Source of the DNA: an uncultured Methylomirabilota bacterium
Lineage (GTDB): Bacteria > Methylomirabilota > Methylomirabilia > Methylomirabilales > 2-02-FULL-66-22
NCBI GenBank assembly: GCA_963705305.1
Contig: OY970067.1
Location: 1,408,001-1,472,000 of the forward strand
Direction of reading: 5' to 3'
Length of the DNA stretch: 64,000 nt
The position numbers and the translations under genes are program-made. Of the stretch, positions 55,168 through 64,000 are shown in pieces (positions within the stretch are counted from its first letter, which is position 1; each line of letters opens with the position of its first letter). A model generated the notes under the pieces. The model searched no databases. It was not told the origin of the DNA and worked only from the letters and a program-made list of their open reading frames with translations.

Positions 55168-56334
55168 GTGCCATCCGAACTGCTCCAGCGCGTGAGCGCC
55201 GACCGCCTTCAACAACTGACCCTGGAGCTGGCGCGCATCCGGTCCTACACGGGCGATACCCGCGAGATGGCCGAGCGGTACGCAGGCTGCTTCACGAATG
55301 CGGGCTTGGAAGTTGAGATTTTCCGGGATCTTCCCAATTCCCCGTGCGTGGTGGCGCGCCTGCGGGGCGCCGGCCGCGGGCCGACGCTGGAATTCAACGG
55401 CCATCTGGATACGGTCCCCGTGGAGCACATGGAGCCCTTCGTGGCCGGGGGGCGCATTTACGGCCGGGGCGTGGCCGACATGAAGGGCGGCCTGGCGGCC
55501 ATGGCCGAGGCCGCGTGGGTGCTGGCAGGGTCCCGCGCCCGCCTGAGCGGCGACCTGCTGTTCGTGGCCCACGGACTGCACGAGGCGCCGGGGGGCCGCG
55601 GGCAAGACCTCCTGGATTTGGTGCGCCGTGGGGTCAAGGGGGATGCCGTCGTGATCGCCGAGATCGCCTCGGACACGCTGCCGATCATCGGCATGGGACA
55701 GGCCCTCTTCGAGGTGTCGATCAGCCGCCCGGGGGAGGCCAGCCACGAACTGCTGACCCCCGCGGGAACGCCCCATCCCATCCTGGCCGCCGTCGAGATG
55801 GTGAATCTGATGCAGGCGAGGCAGGCGGAGCTGTCGCGGGAAAGCATCCCCTACGTGGGCTCCGAATCCTTCTTCATTGGGATCCTCCAGGGCGGGGATT
55901 TCTATAACCGCTGGACCACGTCCTGCCGGCTGACGGGCACGCGTCGCTACGGCCCGGATTCGAGCTACGCGCGGGTGGAGGCGGAGCTGAACGAGATGGC
56001 CAAGCGCGTGGAAACCGAGACCGGGGCGCGGGTGGAGGTCACGCTCGCCCCCGTGCGGGACGGCTTCCGCCTGACGGAGAGTGAGCCGCTGGTCGTCACG
56101 CTGAGGCAGGCCTACCAGGACGTCACCGGACGCGAGCTGCCGCTGTCGGGTTTGCGAATGGTCGGGGACGCTGCCATCTTCATGAACGAGGGAAGAATCT
56201 CGGCCGTCTATCACGGGCCCGGCGGCCAGGGCTCCCACGGGGACCTGGAGTCGGTGGCCGTGGCCGATCTGGTCCGTGCGGCGCAGGTCTACGTGCTGAC
56301 CGCCCTCCGGTATGCCGCCCGCCCGCCCCGCTGA
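55168..56334 (+). CDS. M20 family peptidase/deacylase (ArgE/DapE-like)
   Basis: NGHLDTV, GRGVADMKGG and HGPG...SHG..E. Confidence 0.88.
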   Translation: MPSELLQRVSADRLQQLTLELARIRSYTGDTREMAERYAGCFTNAGLEVEIFRDLPNSPCVVARLRGAGRGPTLEFNGHLDTVPVEHMEPFVAGGRIYGRGVADMKGGLAAMAEAAWVLAGSRARLSGDLLFVAHGLHEAPGGRGQDLLDLVRRGVKGDAVVIAEIASDTLPIIGMGQALFEVSISRPGEASHELLTPAGTPHPILAAVEMVNLMQARQAELSRESIPYVGSESFFIGILQGGDFYNRWTTSCRLTGTRRYGPDSSYARVEAELNEMAKRVETETGARVEVTLAPVRDGFRLTESEPLVVTLRQAYQDVTGRELPLSGLRMVGDAAIFMNEGRISAVYHGPGGQGSHGDLESVAVADLVRAAQVYVLTALRYAARPPR

Positions 56335-56406
56335 ATCCGGCCCCATCCGCCCGATCGGCCGTCGCCGGAGGCGGGCGGGCGCCTCACCGCGCGGAGGAGG
56401 CTGTCC

Positions 56407-57594
56407 ATGACCGCAGCCCTTGCCTTCGAGCGCGACCCGTACACGCGCTGCCTGGACACGGAGGTGCTTCGGGACGGCGACGAGAAGGGCCGCCCCTTTG
56501 TCGTGTTGGCGGACACCCCCTTCTATCCCGAGGGGGGCGGGCAGCCGGGCGATCGTGGCCGCGTCGACCAGGTGGCGGTCGAGGATGTCCGTGCGGTGCA
56601 GGGGGAGATCCGGCACTACCTGGGCGGGCCGCCTCCGCGCGGGCGCGTCCGGGCGGCGCTGGACTGGGACCGACGCTTCGATCACATGCAGCAGCATACG
56701 GGGCAGCACCTGCTCACCGCCGTGGCCCAGGAACGCTTCGGCTGGCCGACGACGGCGTTCCATCTGGGAGTTCAGGTGTGCGACGTCGAGCTGGACGTCC
56801 CGGCCTTGACCGCGGATCGGCTGGCAGCGCTGGAGGAGGCGGTGGCGGCCGAGATCCGGGCGGCCCGTCCCGTGACCGCGCGGCGCGTGGGCCGGGAAGA
56901 GTATGCGGCGCTGCCGGTGCGGACGCGAGGCCTCCCCGAGGGGCACACGGGGGACATTCGCCTGGTGGAGATCTCCGGCCTCGACCTCAATACCTGCGGC
57001 GGCACGCACGTCCGCTCGACGGCCGAGATCGAAGCGCTGAAGCTGCTCGGCACCGAGTCCCTGCGGGGCGGGACACGCCTCTTCTTCGTCGCCGGCGGCC
57101 GCCTGCGGCGCCTGATGGGACTGCATCACGCGCGGGCCGCCGAGCTGCGACAACTCCTCGGCGCGCCCGATGACGAGCTGGCGGCGGCGGTCTCGGCCAG
57201 GCTGGATCAACTCAGGGCGGCCCAGCATCTCGTGCGGGACCTGGAGGAGGAGTTGGCCGTCGAGACGGCGCGCGTCCTAGCCGCAGGCTCCGCGGGGGTG
57301 GTCGCCGCCCACTGGCCGGCACGGGATCTCCCGTTCCTCCAGCGGGCCGCCAAGGAGTTCGCGCGTCTGGCCCCGGACCGACTGGCGCTGCTCACGGCGG
57401 GCGAGGGGGAGCAGGGGGCGTTTGTCCTGTGTGCCGGCGAGCGCGCAAAGGTGGATCTGCCCGCGGCCGGCCGGATGGTGGCCGAGGTGCTGGCCGGCCG
57501 CGGCGGCGGCTCCGGCCGCATCTTCCAGGGAAAGGCCTCGACCCTGTCGCGCCGCGCGGCGGCCCTGGAGCAGCTCCGGTCTTTTCTCTCCTAG
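56407..57594 (+). CDS. Alanyl-tRNA editing protein (AlaX-L, DHHA1 tail)
   Basis: TPFYPEGGGQPGD, MQQHTGQH, CGGTH and GRGGG. Confidence 0.9.
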   Translation: MTAALAFERDPYTRCLDTEVLRDGDEKGRPFVVLADTPFYPEGGGQPGDRGRVDQVAVEDVRAVQGEIRHYLGGPPPRGRVRAALDWDRRFDHMQQHTGQHLLTAVAQERFGWPTTAFHLGVQVCDVELDVPALTADRLAALEEAVAAEIRAARPVTARRVGREEYAALPVRTRGLPEGHTGDIRLVEISGLDLNTCGGTHVRSTAEIEALKLLGTESLRGGTRLFFVAGGRLRRLMGLHHARAAELRQLLGAPDDELAAAVSARLDQLRAAQHLVRDLEEELAVETARVLAAGSAGVVAAHWPARDLPFLQRAAKEFARLAPDRLALLTAGEGEQGAFVLCAGERAKVDLPAAGRMVAEVLAGRGGGSGRIFQGKASTLSRRAAALEQLRSFLS

Positions 57595-57623
57595 ATCCGG
57601 ATCATGCGGCTCGATAGGACAAA

Positions 57624-57655
57624 TAGGGGACGTTGCGACATTATTGACATTTCAT
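57624..57655 (+). repeat. Extra copy of the RAYT element end
   Basis: TAGGGGACGTTGCGACATTATTGACATTTCAT is a direct repeat of 58801-58831 and a perfect inverted match (25 bp) to 59855-59879. Confidence 0.9.
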
Positions 57656-57762
57656 ACTTCCCCGGAAGTTCTGTACCACGGACACCCGCAGGATGTTCCC
57701 GAACTGATCGGCCACCCACCCCGCGCGCAGGGACGCACGATGCATCCATGGCCGCGGGCCGC

Positions 57763-58794
57763 TTACGACACGCCCGCTCTGGCCGGGCGATGCGGGCGCT
57801 GGGCGAAGATGGGCACCTTGCGGATGAAACTGTAATCGGCCGCCTGCCGGTGGATGCGCTCGATCTCCGTCAGGGAGAGGTGCCCGCGGAGCAGCTCGTT
57901 CTCATGGGTTTGGTCGGTCTGGCTCACCGTGGTGTTGTCGGTGCAAACAGCTACGGGGATGCCGTGCTCCAGGAAGGTGTGGATGGGGTGCGGCATCCCC
58001 CGCGGGACTGCGCCGGTCTGGTAGTTGGAAGTTAGGCAACACTCCACCAGGATGCGGTCCCGTGCCAGGCGCCTGAGCAGTGCGCGATCCCGCACCGCCG
58101 AACAGCCGTGGCCGATGCGGCTGACTCCCAAGAGATCGATGGACTCCCAGATCCGCTCGGGCCCCTCGTCCTCGCCTGCATGCGCGGTCAGCCCCAAGCT
58201 GCCGCGACGGGCGATGTCGTAGGCTTCGCGGAAGAGGCGGGGCGGATTCCCGCGCTCGGCACCCGCCAGGTCGAAGCCGACCACCCCGGAGCGTTCGTGG
58301 AGATGCTGGGCCTCGGCCAGCGCCTGGCGGGCGATGACCTTGGCGATGTGCGGCCCGTGCTGGCGCATGGAGATGATGATGAGGCCTACCTCCAAGTCGG
58401 GATGTCGCCGCACGGCGGCGTTCATCCCCGAGAGCACCGCCCGGATGGCCTGGCGCGGGGTGAGGCCCGCGTACGTGTGGATGGCGGGCGAGTAGCGCAG
58501 CTCCAGCGTCCGCACGCCGTGGCCATAGGCCTCCTCCACGATGGAGCGCGTCACCGGCGCGATGTTCTCGTAGAATTGGGTGATCCACAGCGGGTAGTGG
58601 AACTTGTCGAGGTAGGCCAGGAGAGAGCCCTCCTCCTCCTTCTGGAGCTGGAGGAGACGCGTCATCTGCCGGGCGGTGGAGACCGGGCTGAGGCCGTGCC
58701 GCTGCATCAGCCGCCAGACCACGCGGGGCGGGATGGACCCGTCGACATGTTGGTGCAGCTCGACCTTCCGGATCCGCCCGAGCGTCTTCGCCAT
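57763..58794 (-). CDS. add: Adenosine/adenine deaminase
   Basis: KVELHQHVDGS, ELRYSP, GFDLAGAE, AHAGE, RIGHG and TDN. Confidence 0.9.
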   Translation of the reverse strand: MAKTLGRIRKVELHQHVDGSIPPRVVWRLMQRHGLSPVSTARQMTRLLQLQKEEEGSLLAYLDKFHYPLWITQFYENIAPVTRSIVEEAYGHGVRTLELRYSPAIHTYAGLTPRQAIRAVLSGMNAAVRRHPDLEVGLIIISMRQHGPHIAKVIARQALAEAQHLHERSGVVGFDLAGAERGNPPRLFREAYDIARRGSLGLTAHAGEDEGPERIWESIDLLGVSRIGHGCSAVRDRALLRRLARDRILVECCLTSNYQTGAVPRGMPHPIHTFLEHGIPVAVCTDNTTVSQTDQTHENELLRGHLSLTEIERIHRQAADYSFIRKVPIFAQRPHRPARAGVS

Positions 58795-58800
58795 CAGCAA

Positions 58801-59878
58801 AGGGGACGTTGTGACATTATTGACATTTCATCCATCGAGCAGCGCCGTCCACTCGTCCGCCCGCTCGCGACCTCGCCGGGCCGCCCTGTAGACCGATTCG
58901 GGTCTGAGGCTGAGCGCACGGGCAAGCTCCGACCCGCTTCGCCCCAACGCCTCTACCCACAGGTACGCGAGTCCGTCGCGAACCGGCGCAATCACCCGGC
59001 TTCGGCTGCCGGCGAGCAGGGCCTCGGGCAGAAGGCGCTTGGCCGCGGCGATTCGTTTGAGCAGCGTCGCCAGGTCGGGCACCTTCTGACGAATGGCCCT
59101 GCGGCGGGCCTCCTGCTGTTCGACCTCATGTCGGAGCGTCTCCACGAAGACACTGCCTCCGAGGATCCGTTCGTCGGAAGCATATGCCTCGCGACCGTGG
59201 CGCAAGCTCGCAACGGCCACCCACCCACCCTGGCTCCGAAGCAGTCCACCCCCCTGAAGTTCCGGCCACCGACCGAGGGCGATCCCGCCCGCAACGAATA
59301 CCCGGTAGCGGTGGCGCGCGGTGCGGGGATCGGCCGCAAACCGACCCAGCACATCAGACACCTCCTGCCATGGCCGGACCGAATGGCCAAGAAGAGTGCT
59401 ATGTCCTGTCCATGGATATCGGTCGAGCGCGCGAAGGTCCGGCACCTCTCCGCCCCGGAGCGGGTTGAGGTGAATGTAGCGGACCAACTCGAGTAGGTAG
59501 GGTTCCTCTTCGACAACAATGGACCTGTACCGGTTCTGAAAAAGGTGACCGGTCCGCTTGTGGTGCCGGTTGAACGCGCCAGCGTAGCCCGTGAGCAGGG
59601 AACGCATGCTCCGGGCGAGGGGGCGGATACCTGTGCGCAGCAAGAGGTGGCAGTGGGTTCGTAGGAGAGCCCAGGCGTAAGCGGTGAGTGCGCCGGACTC
59701 GGCGAGGGCGCCCAAGCGCCACACGAAATCTTCTCGATCCCGATCGGACCGGAAGATCGCTTGCCGATTCAACCCTCGCACCATCACGTGGTGGAGGACC
59801 CCCGGACTGTCAAGACGCGGTCCGCGAGGCATGGCAAGGCAAGAGTAGCATAAAGTCAATAATGTCGCAACGTCCCCT
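58801..59878 (-). mobile_element. RAYT-type HUH transposase element with 24-bp terminal inverted repeats
   Basis: AGGGGACGTTGTGACATTATTGAC (58801-58824) and GTCAATAATGTCGCAACGTCCCCT (59855-59878) differ by 1 mismatch and tightly enclose the transposase. Confidence 0.85.
58828..59832 (-). CDS. REP-associated tyrosine transposase (Y1 HUH) with C-terminal HTH-like extension
   Basis: MPRGPR, HHVMVRG, THCH (HUH), GHLFQNRY, RYIHLNP and YPWTGH. Confidence 0.92.
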   Translation of the reverse strand: MPRGPRLDSPGVLHHVMVRGLNRQAIFRSDRDREDFVWRLGALAESGALTAYAWALLRTHCHLLLRTGIRPLARSMRSLLTGYAGAFNRHHKRTGHLFQNRYRSIVVEEEPYLLELVRYIHLNPLRGGEVPDLRALDRYPWTGHSTLLGHSVRPWQEVSDVLGRFAADPRTARHRYRVFVAGGIALGRWPELQGGGLLRSQGGWVAVASLRHGREAYASDERILGGSVFVETLRHEVEQQEARRRAIRQKVPDLATLLKRIAAAKRLLPEALLAGSRSRVIAPVRDGLAYLWVEALGRSGSELARALSLRPESVYRAARRGRERADEWTALLDG

Positions 59879-60000
59879 AAGATGGGGGAAGGGGAAGCGC
59901 GGGCGAACCGGTGGCCGGAGTTATGGGGATCAGACGCCGGACGGGCGGCGGACTGCGATGGGGGGCCCGAATCGGATCGGACGTTGGGGGCAGCGGCGGA

Positions 60001-60576
60001 TCAAGACGGCTCTCCCTCGGCGTCCAGGATCTCCCCGAGGCGGGCCTGGAGCTCCTCGACCCGGCTCCGGACCGGGGCGGGGGTGCCGGCCTCGCCGCAC
60101 AGCGCTTTCAACTCGTCCAGCGCCGGACGCAAGGTCTCCCGGAGCAGCCGGTCGGCCCGGTTGGAGGCCGCATACCGCACGGCGAGTTCGTTGAGGACGG
60201 GCACCAGCTGCGTGAAATTGTCACCCCGACGGAGATGAACGAGTCCGGGATCTTCGCCGGCGAGCAGGGACCTGAGGGCCTGCTCAACGCGATAGATCGG
60301 GCCGGCTATGCGGTGGGACTCGAAGACGGCCATAGCTCCCACCCACGCGAGAATGATCAGGATTCCGAGCAGGACCCGCACAGACGGCATCGGAATTCCG
60401 ACGACGCTCACGCTCGGTGCGTCCAGGATGTCGGCGATGGCCTGGAGCTGGACGGGGTAGAAGATCAAGAACCAGAGGCCGAGAGCCAGGACGAGGGACA
60501 TGATCACCCGGGAGATGATGAAATGCTTCTGGAATGGCGAGACGATGATGAAGCGCCGCCGCCTGAATTCGGCCAT
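60001..60576 (-). CDS. Hypothetical two-TM membrane protein with HAMP-like segment
   Basis: RRRRFII...FQ, two TM helices, SHRIAGPIYR and LRRGD. Confidence 0.75.
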   Translation of the reverse strand: MAEFRRRRFIIVSPFQKHFIISRVIMSLVLALGLWFLIFYPVQLQAIADILDAPSVSVVGIPMPSVRVLLGILIILAWVGAMAVFESHRIAGPIYRVEQALRSLLAGEDPGLVHLRRGDNFTQLVPVLNELAVRYAASNRADRLLRETLRPALDELKALCGEAGTPAPVRSRVEELQARLGEILDAEGEPS

Positions 60577-60838
60577 CGCATTCCCCTCCTGCCCCTCCCG
60601 CAGGAACCGATTATACTCTCCCGGGCGCACGCCGAAAGCAGAATCCGATTCGAGCGGCGGCTGCGCTTCTCTCGATTCTATCGTGTCGCCCTCCGCGCGA
60701 TGCTCGTCCGAGGGGTCTGTTGCGCCCGCTTTCCATAACAAATCGGGGGCCTAGGCGGGAGAAGCGATGCCATGCGCACTGGGAGGTGGGTGCCGGCCGG
60801 CCTGACAGCGAGACGCGGCCGGTACCGAGCAGGATGGT

Positions 60839-61372
60839 TCAGGTTCCGCTGAAGCTTCCATAAACGGAGGAGTAGCCGACGGCCCCCCCCTCGCCCGTGT
60901 CCGGAGTCTCGGGGGTGTAGGTACCCGTGGCGCTGGCCCCCGTGCTGAACACGTAGATGTCGTCGTCCTGGGAGGGAGAGCCTCCCGCCGTCACCACGGG
61001 GGCGAGGCTGTAGGGGTTCGCCCAGGGGTCATTATCCGGGATGTTGCCGTAGCCGCTATTGCGGAGACTCTCGAGGGTTGTCGGATACGCGTTCTCATTG
61101 AGCGCATACACGATGATCTGGCTCACGGCAGTCTTGCTGTCGGCCGCCGCCCTGGAGTACTTGGCCCGGCGCTGGGCTTTGAGGATGTTAGGGATAGCGA
61201 TCATAGCGAGCACGGCGATGATCACGACGACGATCATCAGCTCGACGAGGGTGAACCCTTGGCGCGTGGCCCTCCGCGGTGTCCAACAGGCATGGGACCG
61301 GCCGGGACGGGGGGCACACCTGAGACTTTTACCTGCATGATGTTGATAGCAACCCGGCGAGGTTTGTATCAC
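60839..61372 (-). CDS. Type IV pilin / GspG-like pseudopilin
   Basis: G|FTLVELMIVVVIIAVLAMIAIP prepilin cleavage motif and DPWANPY. Start codon uncertain. Confidence 0.82.
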   Translation of the reverse strand: MIQTSPGCYQHHAGKSLRCAPRPGRSHACWTPRRATRQGFTLVELMIVVVIIAVLAMIAIPNILKAQRRAKYSRAAADSKTAVSQIIVYALNENAYPTTLESLRNSGYGNIPDNDPWANPYSLAPVVTAGGSPSQDDDIYVFSTGASATGTYTPETPDTGEGGAVGYSSVYGSFSGT

Positions 61373-61620
61373 GTTGACACCTTTTACATGAAACCGTGCA
61401 TAACGGATACCACAATGATCCGCCACCACAGGCTCTGGGCCGATTACCGAAAGCACCAGTGAAGCTCATAGGTTAGGCTTGAATCAGGGAATCGGCCCAA
61501 GAGTGCAGGGGGGGGTCAGGATTGGCAGCCCGCCTGACGTTCTACGGTACCCATGGACCGAGTTTGTCAGTAGATAAGAAAGAGCGTGGGATGAAAGTAG
61601 AAGCCACAATATCCGTCGCC

Positions 61621-62484
61621 TTACCGGAAGGGCGCCAGCGAGCGCAGGAGGTAAGTTGGACGGGGAGACTGGGACTCGGATACCTTCGCCGAGACCAGGA
61701 CGCCCGTTGTCATCAACACCGAGTCGATCCCGAAATCGTTGGCGCCGCGAATGTCCGTCTCGAGCTGGTCACCCAACATCACCATGTCCCGGGTGCCGGC
61801 CCGCCGCAACGCCTCGGCGAAGAGAGGAGAATTGGGTTTTCCGAGCCGCAGAAAGCGCCCCTCCGCCCGGTCAGGGTGCCGCAATTGCAGCGCCGCTTCG
61901 AGGATCAGGGCGAGGCTCCCGCTGGCCACGCCGAACCGCCCGTCCGCGTCTGGATAGATCAGGTCGGGATTGAGGAGGATAAGGTGGGCGGGCTCTTGCC
62001 GATCCAGCTTCGAGAGCAGGGCCGTCAACACCGTGTCCACTGTCTCACGGAAGGGGAAACCGTTCAGATCGCCCAGCACGAGTGCGTCGAAGGGGCGGTC
62101 GGGTGCCACGGGCCGCCCGCCCGCCCGCTCCACATAGCGTGCGGTGTCGGCCGGACCCAACACGACACAGCGGGCGCCCGTGAGGCGGCGATCGGCAAAA
62201 TAGCCGGGCAAGAGTTCGCCGGGCGTGATAATCCGGCCGGGCTCGATGGCCAGCCCATATGCTCGGTAGCGTCGGGCCGCCGTTTCGGGGAGCTGTGAGG
62301 CGTCGTTGGTCAGGATGTAATACGGCCTGTTTGATCGGTTGAGCTCGCTGATCAATGCCGCCGCCCCGGGCAGCGGGCCGTCGGCATGGACGAGGACCCC
62401 GTAGGCGTCGAAGAGCACGACGGGGTAGCGGGCCAAGATTTCTTCTATGTTGGTTTCGGGCACTGCGTTCACGTCGCTCTCCAT
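61621..62484 (-). CDS. HAD-IIA hydrolase (NagD family)
   Basis: FDAYGVL, LTND, NPD, GKP and GDQLETDIRGA. Confidence 0.9.
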   Translation of the reverse strand: MESDVNAVPETNIEEILARYPVVLFDAYGVLVHADGPLPGAAALISELNRSNRPYYILTNDASQLPETAARRYRAYGLAIEPGRIITPGELLPGYFADRRLTGARCVVLGPADTARYVERAGGRPVAPDRPFDALVLGDLNGFPFRETVDTVLTALLSKLDRQEPAHLILLNPDLIYPDADGRFGVASGSLALILEAALQLRHPDRAEGRFLRLGKPNSPLFAEALRRAGTRDMVMLGDQLETDIRGANDFGIDSVLMTTGVLVSAKVSESQSPRPTYLLRSLAPFR

Positions 62485-62710
62485 GGTGGGAAATCACGCG
62501 GGAATCCGACAGGTCCGACCGTAACTGTACCCTGCGCGGTCTGAAACGGAAAGGGGGGGCTCCGGGCGCGGCGTCATCCCGGGAGGAAGCCGGCTGGGGA
62601 TGAGCCCCGGGCGACCAGGTCCGTCTCGGAAGGCAACGGGAGAGGTGGCGGGTCCTGGAAAACGGGAGCCCCACCTAAACCGATTGCGGGACGGGCGGGC
62701 GCCGCGGTGC

Positions 62711-63109
62711 TCAAGGCTTGGAGGGAGGAGGGTCGGCCGTTTTCCCGAGGAGCCGGCACAACGCGGCGTACACGTCATCCAGCTTCATCGGCTTGGGCAG
62801 GAAGACGTCGGCGCCGAGCTCCAGCGCCTGGCGACGGACCGCGGGGTCGGCCGCGGCCGAGATGACGATCACCGGTATCTTCTTCGGCCGCGCCAGCGCC
62901 TTGAGCCGCTTCAACACGTCCAACCCGGTGCCGCCCGGCATCATGATGTCCAGCAGGACGGCTGCAGGTGGAGTCCGGCGGATGGCCATGCTCGTCTGCA
63001 TGCCGTCCTTGGTGACGACGACGTTGAAGCCCCTGGGCTGCAGGAAATCGGAGAGCATCTGGGTGATCAGCCCGTCGTCGTCCGCCACCACAATGGTCTC
63101 TTGGCTCAT
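62711..63109 (-). CDS. Single-domain response regulator (CheY-like)
   Basis: VADDD, LLDIMMPG and FLPKP. Confidence 0.88.
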   Translation of the reverse strand: MSQETIVVADDDGLITQMLSDFLQPRGFNVVVTKDGMQTSMAIRRTPPAAVLLDIMMPGGTGLDVLKRLKALARPKKIPVIVISAAADPAVRRQALELGADVFLPKPMKLDDVYAALCRLLGKTADPPPSKP

Positions 63110-63260
63110 GGCCGGTGCTCCTGGCAAAGCCTTCATGACAGCGACATTCCCCGGGCACGGGCGCCCCAGGATGCCCGGCGGGAAGCCTAGCCAAGGGCCG
63201 CCCGGGTGTCAACCGGAAAGCGCGCCGACGGGCGGGCCGGACCGGACCGAACAAGCCTAG

Positions 63261-63451
63261 CAGGATGCTGAAAAAACCGTTTTCGGCGAGGCTGCTCAAA
63301 AAGGCCCGGATGCAAGGCGGCCTCACCCATCCCTCGGGATGGGTAGCCGGGGCAGGGCACCCGCCGCTGGCGGGTCAAGGCGTACTTCCGGTACGCCGCA
63401 ACGAGTGCCCGAGCGGGTCAACGCCGCAGATGGGCCTTTTTCAACAGCCTC
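63261..63451. mobile_element. MITE-like repeat, copy D
   Basis: CAGGATGCTGAAAAA...TTTTTCAACAGCCTC, flanked by CTAG on both sides (63257-60 and 63452-55). Confidence 0.82.
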
Positions 63452-64000
63452 CTAGATCGCGCCGGAGGCCTTGAGGGCGGCAACGTCCTCCGGCGAGTAG
63501 CCGAGGAGGTCCTCCAGGACGACGGTGTTGGCCGCGCCCATGGGCAGACCCAGGAATCGGATCTTCCCGGGGGTGGCCGACAGCCTGATGGGGATCTGGG
63601 GAAACGGGATCTGGCGCCCGGAGACGGGGTCGTAGACGGCGGTGATGCTGCCCCGGGCCTGGACGTGGGGATCCCGGGTGATCTCCGCCATGTCGTAGAC
63701 CGGACCGATGGTCACGCCCGCCCGCTCGCACTGGTCCAGGACTTCGTACAGCGAGCGCGCCTTGATCCAGTCGCCGATGACGCGGTTCAACACTTCACGG
63801 CTCGACGTCCGGATCCGCTCGTGATTGTCCCGGAAGCCGGGGGCCTGCTTCAGCTCCGGATGGCCCACGAGGTCCATCAACCGCTCGAAAGTGGCCTGCG
63901 AGCTGGCCGAGAGAGCCGCCCATTTTCCGTCCCTGGTCTGGTAGTTGTTTCGCGGGGCGGTGTAGTGCGACTCGTTTCCCTGGGGCATGGGGGGGACGCC
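63452..64000 (-). CDS. CaiB/BaiF family III CoA-transferase (3' part, truncated by window edge)
   Basis: APRNNYQTRDG, DPHVQARG, PIRLSATPG and LGYS...L...GAI terminus. Confidence 0.85.
   Translation of the reverse strand, partial: GVPPMPQGNESHYTAPRNNYQTRDGKWAALSASSQATFERLMDLVGHPELKQAPGFRDNHERIRTSSREVLNRVIGDWIKARSLYEVLDQCERAGVTIGPVYDMAEITRDPHVQARGSITAVYDPVSGRQIPFPQIPIRLSATPGKIRFLGLPMGAANTVVLEDLLGYSPEDVAALKASGAI

Overview
GC-rich bacterial chromosomal window with about 58 mostly metabolic and stress genes. These include fba, quinone oxidoreductase, pcaD-like hydrolase, mscL, SDRs, rhomboid-TPR, entericidin, rubrerythrin, an orphan Tat-type ABC binding protein, MFS, gdh, higBA plus an orphan higA, a YyaL-AKR fusion cluster, an RND pump, queF, a CusRS-like pair, metB, a norR/ric/qNOR nitric-oxide detoxification module, AlaX, adenosine deaminase and a pilin. 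I recognised no rRNA, tRNA or CRISPR array. The most notable signals are non-coding or mobile. (1) An HUH/RAYT-type tyrosine transposase has 24-25 bp terminal inverted repeats, and a third copy of the end brackets the adenosine deaminase gene. Two related solo ends form an inverted pair around a 6.4 kb RND segment. (2) Four copies of a MITE with nested variable hairpins are present, three of them inserted at TAG stop codons. (3) A 115-bp, ~95% identical structured direct repeat flanks an orphan binding-protein gene upstream of rubrerythrin. (4) A kdp locus is decaying, with kdpB/kdpC relics and a frameshifted kdpD. (5) A triplicated SD+ACG unit lies in front of the yciH/SUI1 start codon. All product calls come from motif recognition by eye; no database searches were run.
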